Source of the DNA: an archaeon
Lineage (GTDB): Archaea; Iainarchaeota; Iainarchaeia; Iainarchaeales; CSSED10-239
Reading direction: 5' to 3'
NCBI GenBank assembly: GCA_035387745.1
Contig: DAOOON010000026.1
Span: 1-8,575 of the forward strand
DNA length: 8,575 nt
In this document: positions 7,401 to 8,575 of the stretch, one piece after another
Position numbering within the stretch: position 1 is the first letter of the stretch
Layout of the letters: each line of letters starts with the position of its first letter
Notes under the pieces: model-generated
Database searches by the model: none
Told to the model about the DNA's origin: nothing
What the model saw: only the letters and a program-made list of their open reading frames with translations
Position numbers and translations under genes: made by a program

Positions 7401-8356
7401 ATTTTATAAATTCGAAGATTGGGGTTTGTAGACACAAGGCGCTATTATTAAAACTTACCCTTGATGAAATGGGAATAGAATCTTATCTTGTCAGAGGATC
7501 ACAATATACAGATGAGGGTAAAAATTTGGGCAGGCATGTTTGGGTAGAAATGGACCTTAAAACAAACAAAGGAAATAAAATTTATTTAGATCCAACACAA
7601 AATAAATATGAATATTTTTATGATGGTCAGCAAGTTAATGGATTAGTTAGAGATTCAGAATTGACATTATTCAGAATCAGAGATACTGTTCCACAGAATA
7701 ACTTTCGAAATTTAGCCGATGGAGCAGACATATACAAACGAACTGCAAGATTACAAAATTATTTAACTGAAGAATTACACAATTATAACCTAAATCCAAC
7801 AGCAATAAATGATTTTACATTTAAATATAATATAACTCAACAAATTACAAATCCACAATTTTTATCACAAATAGGATCTAATTTAAATGATCTACAAGAT
7901 TTAATGAAATTACAAAATTTAAAAATTAAAGAAATTTATCAAAATGATGGACTTTTACTTACATTAAATCACAAATTATCTTTGTCGTCACTTCCAACAA
8001 ATGTGCGTGAAGAAATAGTTTCTGAATTGGGCAGAAAAAATGTGTCAGTCATAGTTGTTGATGATTGGACGATTCGGAATTTAGATGATCAAGATAATTT
8101 TGCTACACTTAACTTAAATGATCCTAGAAATCCAATTATAAAAATTGAAAGATCAGCATATAATGACCCTAATAAATTTTTAAGAGAAATGAGATACGAA
8201 TATGGTGCATTATTGCTTTCTAAACAATATGGTAGTAAAGGAGACATTCCTTTATTCTTTAAACCATCTGATGCCGGGAAAATCGAACCTGTCTGGGCAA
8301 CACATTATTTAGATCATTATATGGAGAAAGGATATAATAGATTATTTCCAAATTAA
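1346..8356 (+). CDS. Giant (2,336 aa) multi-pass membrane/surface protein with a C-terminal kinase-like plus transglutaminase-like enzymatic module; overall function unknown
   Basis: A 7,011-nt open frame in AT-rich DNA cannot arise by chance, because stop codons are AT-rich. The N-terminus is a classical signal peptide. Recognisable catalytic motifs in the C-terminal third are in frame (see the sub-features). All five antisense ORFs inside it are short and low-complexity. Confidence 0.93.
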   Translation: MNLKYITLFLLIIFITPFAFAELQPAFLDQNTHYFGEKINFGLIGVIPDDFNHARIIVQLPTGHSYQEADIDIDNLSDYYLVFPLDFIYNQLQIKYIFYNSNNTAPLNTEYTLQLERLPLIENINYCINADCNKNNFEVIDANEIYLKTQTEIIDENLNFDILVILDGYIIEDGRNIQLPYLLDTTPGEYEIKVTPNYNNQELETKSLFLNLAITQPETNNLEDYLNDIREQNEAEEREQEINTAIENINDSQTTETQEKTEPKNNLWLIGLGILVVLIILISILLFSRPKEKFVEKPSRRESRKERGFLFLIIFVLLFSSIYGLSLEEKIKEYQNLEITFDTLQKSYPYPKDISIPISNTQPQNVFYYPISATGLSDAEKITPIAENKLSNLIVSLETVYLSIDLSAEIETAKTTGKTLGFESGCEQVLEWFQKNPITAEPNTIIARTKENLLNNITITENKTGYTDNDKTQIRDKIKKLKTDKKYKNSKNPFVEYCISDYLENKESNIGGKYITKKKILLKMEYTEKNLEAINNYDLTFDNIIFNDSKGKDVLETTFLGSDLNHIYVWVDYTADILREQNLSLKGIAANRILQEEIADNGEIIKHYMITNLDEGESVDVTYAAQLINLEILDSDYGSYYQFEGVGQDTSATPEKKGNVFAIRDKDLFSVKNKILSNVEISGKISLENGNYKFELSPESIKLLAEVNINPTKYIVLDKKQLIDVGTDTQKLTIGIDYNYGIICSDFSGITILLEEDKTLYLPTNINNPHLEALTKLFIKTSSQKNIELTRLQLPLLFIFAFKNNANTIPDEDVLFLKTYDDVANIINRGNYTKLEKNIIFNNLISLTEDFSFQKTANSKDGLYRFKYKTRFVLNYGLVNYIDHPENINNLNLETVGITIPQLYDNKYLERKGFVDKSLTTLLVLGYLGDNYRSFSKVIRSSYNSHEEYEIDLKNQIQTVFNEQKATTDNWGYYKELLIYPFYRTGIEQKICSYDKENFPKYSVKNYCYQAYNFNPESNTWGIAYDPHNLDSGFLMQDYSFQNNFVSSYRTILLLEDIENFKNNKLTFNQNQLKTYNKLNIFLSLIELEAIRNTSTTENNRNFGNALILSYKLRELWDSSSNELKKYDSGTIRNAIINTNEALAYQATVKLRNVVSTDKSLRLDIYKGLIQTDFERYAESINPSAGWFDLSDSARFLITGSWIETFIFTGSRKEIESLDQKERDKYNKILHGSCCIAQRLGELESDSSYKNWTIKDIKDNFSPYSKAKTNTKTDVIGWVTDGTSCTGTLRANPGDCATDISYLYNSKEFGNDISFILNDKKDKKSITQFLSAGYYTNHTLDMDSSIQVNSTKRELEETKVKFKPDAITSALRFIDSGINPATIIITVATAGAGYGLMTGTGSVFTRIASGFTTKLTLGKLSSALGTRLLYEFGENIVLDAAYGAIVIPSPKLAGEHPFLTYVVLGVIAGNFQKAFISNVDNAASAITKDLIATSGLKQADNIKIQTAIKTALNTDYSDTTEQLLKIKRGEAVTDSFFRRLPKVVAGTADDELVTAIRKNLLSQKISVSDDVIRKSLTQNNLYLGTRASAVSKFISRKNLIELNNIAAANLDNTSSKFIKLATTRTVPERYGAKFTSIVDEFEDLKKFNEIDPEHFAKPTKIVYDDFGNPLGYEMEKIYGTTLADYIEDGGVLDDSFYKRIEDSVSELHKQGYAHGDINPNNIILRETYDGLDFTIIDPVGFRKLNQITDIPGLTEQAAIDLDIEQLNKLRNLTILEAEMMRTNKIYVPNVWELQRIQQTGELVPIRREGGNIVLGEVLEISSDNTKVKVRFSDYLNNVTDERFYDIDTETFIPIRQNDIVYVNGVGSGKVITVEPNKTVTLRRTDGSIIYTDVDAIISSRSLNQGLKLNGDISQITPQTTEAFSATKNRLPERFISRNTDSWSGREVILVDKINDPVLKEYLANVRILSSQNPDILNKIKEAYNLVNRTMPVYSLGKTNILDDIIDNVDVGGDVIPLGHFINSKIGVCRHKALLLKLTLDEMGIESYLVRGSQYTDEGKNLGRHVWVEMDLKTNKGNKIYLDPTQNKYEYFYDGQQVNGLVRDSELTLFRIRDTVPQNNFRNLADGADIYKRTARLQNYLTEELHNYNLNPTAINDFTFKYNITQQITNPQFLSQIGSNLNDLQDLMKLQNLKIKEIYQNDGLLLTLNHKLSLSSLPTNVREEIVSELGRKNVSVIVVDDWTIRNLDDQDNFATLNLNDPRNPIIKIERSAYNDPNKFLREMRYEYGALLLSKQYGSKGDIPLFFKPSDAGKIEPVWATHYLDHYMEKGYNRLFPN
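1409..1990 (+). other. N-terminal ectodomain, probably one or two beta-sandwich (Ig/CARDB/PEGA-like) modules (aa 22-215)
   Basis: Alternating hydrophobic/polar beta-strand patterns are present (ARIIVQLPTG, YYLVFPL, IKYIFYN, EYTLQLE, FDILVILDG). There is also a TPGEYEIKVTP strand-turn motif typical of adhesin-type beta-sandwiches. No profile search was possible. Confidence 0.45.
1991..2143 (+). other. Acidic, E/Q/T/N-rich low-complexity stalk (aa 216-266)
   Basis: QPETNNLEDYLNDIREQNEAEEREQEINTAIENINDSQTTETQEKTEPKNN is strongly acidic and has no hydrophobic core. It lies immediately before a membrane helix, like the stalk of an anchored surface protein. Confidence 0.6.
2144..2326 (+). other. 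Transmembrane helical hairpin: TM1 (aa 267-287), basic loop (aa 288-308), TM2 (aa 309-327)
   Basis: The sequence is LWLIGLGILVVLIILISILLF, then SRPKEKFVEKPSRRESRKERG (9 K/R in 21 aa, consistent with the positive-inside rule), then FLFLIIFVLLFSSIYGLSL. The expected topology is out-in-out after signal-peptide cleavage. Confidence 0.75.
2327..5482 (+). other. Large orphan region (aa 328-1379), predicted extracytoplasmic; no family recognised
   Basis: It lies between TM2 and the next hydrophobic cluster. It is N/K/I/T-rich with mixed beta-like and helical stretches, and it holds 9 of the protein's 12 cysteines, several close together (HGSCCIAQ; SCTGTLRANPGDC; KICSYD...NYCYQ). I recognise no catalytic or repeat motif. 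Confidence 0.5.
5483..5758 (+). other. Second hydrophobic cluster: one clear TM helix (aa 1380-1399), a weak hydrophobic segment (aa 1436-1450) and a short TM-like helix (aa 1457-1471)
   Basis: The three segments are PATIIITVATAGAGYGLMTG, IVLDAAYGAIVIPSP (contains Asp, marginal) and PFLTYVVLGVIAGNF (15 aa). Because the number of true membrane spans is ambiguous, the side on which the C-terminal tail sits is also ambiguous. Confidence 0.6.
6215..6625 (+). other. Minimal protein-kinase-like (Bud32/RIO/Kdo-APH-like) domain (aa ~1624-1760)
   Basis: A hinge-like YEMEKIYGTTLADYI is followed by LHKQGYA-H1714-G-D1716-INPN-N1721-IIL, which is the kinase catalytic loop HxDxxxxN. The metal-binding-loop equivalent FTII-D1737-PVGF lies 21 residues after the catalytic Asp. 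I see no GxGxxG loop and no clear VAIK-type lysine; only RYGAKF (K1633) is a candidate. Confidence 0.65.
6749..7039 (+). other. Two tandem small beta-barrel (KOW/SH3/Tudor-like) repeats (aa ~1802-1833 and ~1851-1898)
   Basis: There is an internal protein-level repeat. LVPIRREGGNIVLGEVLEISSDNTKVKVRF parallels FIPIRQNDIVYVNGVGSGKVITVEPNKTVTLRR. Both units start with PIR and continue with the pattern [GD]xIVxxxxxGxVxx[IV]...K[VT]x[VL]R. Confidence 0.45.
7313..7615 (+). other. Transglutaminase-like / papain-fold cysteine protease core (aa ~1990-2090)
   Basis: The Cys-His-Asp triad sits in canonical contexts and spacing: IGV-C2028-RHKALLLKLTLDEMGIESYLVRG (nt 7427-7429), GR-H2064-VWVEM (nt 7535-7537) and IYL-D2082-PT (nt 7589-7591). 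The Cys-to-His distance is 36 aa and the His-to-Asp distance is 18 aa. This matches the transglutaminase-like superfamily signature G-x-C-x-x-[FH]-A...H-x-W-x-E...D-[PA]-T. Confidence 0.75.
7616..8353 (+). other. C-terminal orphan region (aa ~2091-2336), no recognisable domain
   Basis: The region has soluble-looking mixed alpha/beta composition and contains no cysteine and no hydrophobic span. I can name no motif with confidence. Confidence 0.4.
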
Positions 8357-8360
8357 GTAA

Positions 8361-8387
8361 ATCAAAACCTATATATATGGGTTTGAT
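8361..8387. promoter_or_regulatory. Inverted repeat ATCAAAACC-(TATATATAT)-GGGTTTGAT, a TATA box embedded in a palindrome; candidate promoter and operator of the ArsR-like gene and/or a 3' hairpin of the giant gene
   Basis: Nt 8361-8369 and 8379-8387 are reverse complements at 8 of 9 positions. The AT-alternating centre (8370-8378) is centred about 27 nt upstream of the ATG at 8401, the classic archaeal TATA-to-start distance for a leaderless mRNA. The element begins 5 nt after the stop codon of the giant ORF. Confidence 0.45.
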
Positions 8388-8400
8388 CATATAATTATAT

Positions 8401-8575
8401 ATGAAATGCTTATCATATAACTTCTTTTCGGTTATTGGAAATGAACTTCGGTGGAAGATTATTAAAAAACTTTATAAGTCAGAATTGACTGTTTCTGAAT
8501 TGTGTGTTGCTCTTGAAGAGGAACAGTCTAAAGTTAGCCATGCTTTAAAGATACTACTTGATTGTAATATTGTTT
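8401..8575 (+). CDS. ArsR/SmtB-family winged helix-turn-helix transcriptional regulator (5' fragment, continues beyond the window)
   Basis: Translating frame 1 from the ATG at 8401 gives MKCLSYNFFSVIGNELRWKIIKKLYKSELTVSELCVALEEEQSKVSHALKILLDCNIV with no stop. This matches the ArsR pattern (F..L.n..R..Il..L...eltV.EL...L..sQs.vShHLk.L...g.V). The ORF track omits it, presumably because it is truncated. Confidence 0.72.
   Translation, partial: MKCLSYNFFSVIGNELRWKIIKKLYKSELTVSELCVALEEEQSKVSHALKILLDCNIV

Noticed and set aside
8303-8317. H-Y-L-D-H near the C-terminus as a possible HxxxH metal-binding or metalloprotease motif.
   Set aside because: It is not HExxH, there is no supporting downstream ligand or Met-turn that I can identify, and a five-residue pattern is too weak on its own.
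1346-8356. The giant ORF might be Rad50, since it directly follows mre11.
   Set aside because: It starts with a signal peptide rather than an N-terminal Walker A (GxNGxGKS). It has no long heptad coiled coils, no CxxC zinc hook and no C-terminal signature or Walker B motifs. It does contain several membrane helices.
1-8575. I looked for CRISPR repeats, terminal inverted repeats, transposase or integrase genes, long direct repeats and rRNA/tRNA genes.
   Set aside because: None was seen. The only notable nucleotide-level symmetry is the 27-nt palindrome at 8361-8387. The repetitiveness in the rest of the window is simple AT-rich low complexity.

Overview
The window is AT-rich (roughly a quarter to a third G+C by eye). 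It holds three genes, all on the + strand, separated by short AT-rich spacers. (1) 103-1281 encodes an archaeal-type Mre11 nuclease with every metallophosphoesterase motif intact. (2) 1346-8356 is one uninterrupted 7,011-nt ORF encoding a 2,336-aa giant membrane protein. In order, it has a cleavable signal peptide, a beta-sandwich-like ectodomain on an acidic stalk, a two-helix membrane hairpin with a basic loop, and an orphan segment of about 1,050 aa. A second hydrophobic cluster follows, then a C-terminal enzymatic tail. That tail contains a Bud32/RIO-like minimal kinase-like domain (HGDINPNN...IID), two tandem small beta-barrel (KOW/SH3-like) repeats, a transglutaminase-like Cys-His-Asp cysteine-protease core (GVCRH...HVWVE...LDPT) and about 250 aa of unassignable sequence. 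I do not recognise this architecture as a characterised system, and it is the main item of interest. (3) 8401-8575 is the 5' part of an ArsR/SmtB-type winged-HTH regulator that runs off the window. Just upstream of it lies a near-perfect inverted repeat wrapped around a TATATATA box. I saw no tRNA, rRNA, CRISPR array, transposase or long nucleotide repeat. None of the three starts has a Shine-Dalgarno sequence, and two of them have a TATA-like box centred about 27 nt upstream of the ATG. Together with the archaeal-type Mre11, this points to an archaeon, plausibly a small-genome AT-rich (DPANN-like) lineage. That taxonomic call is inference only.
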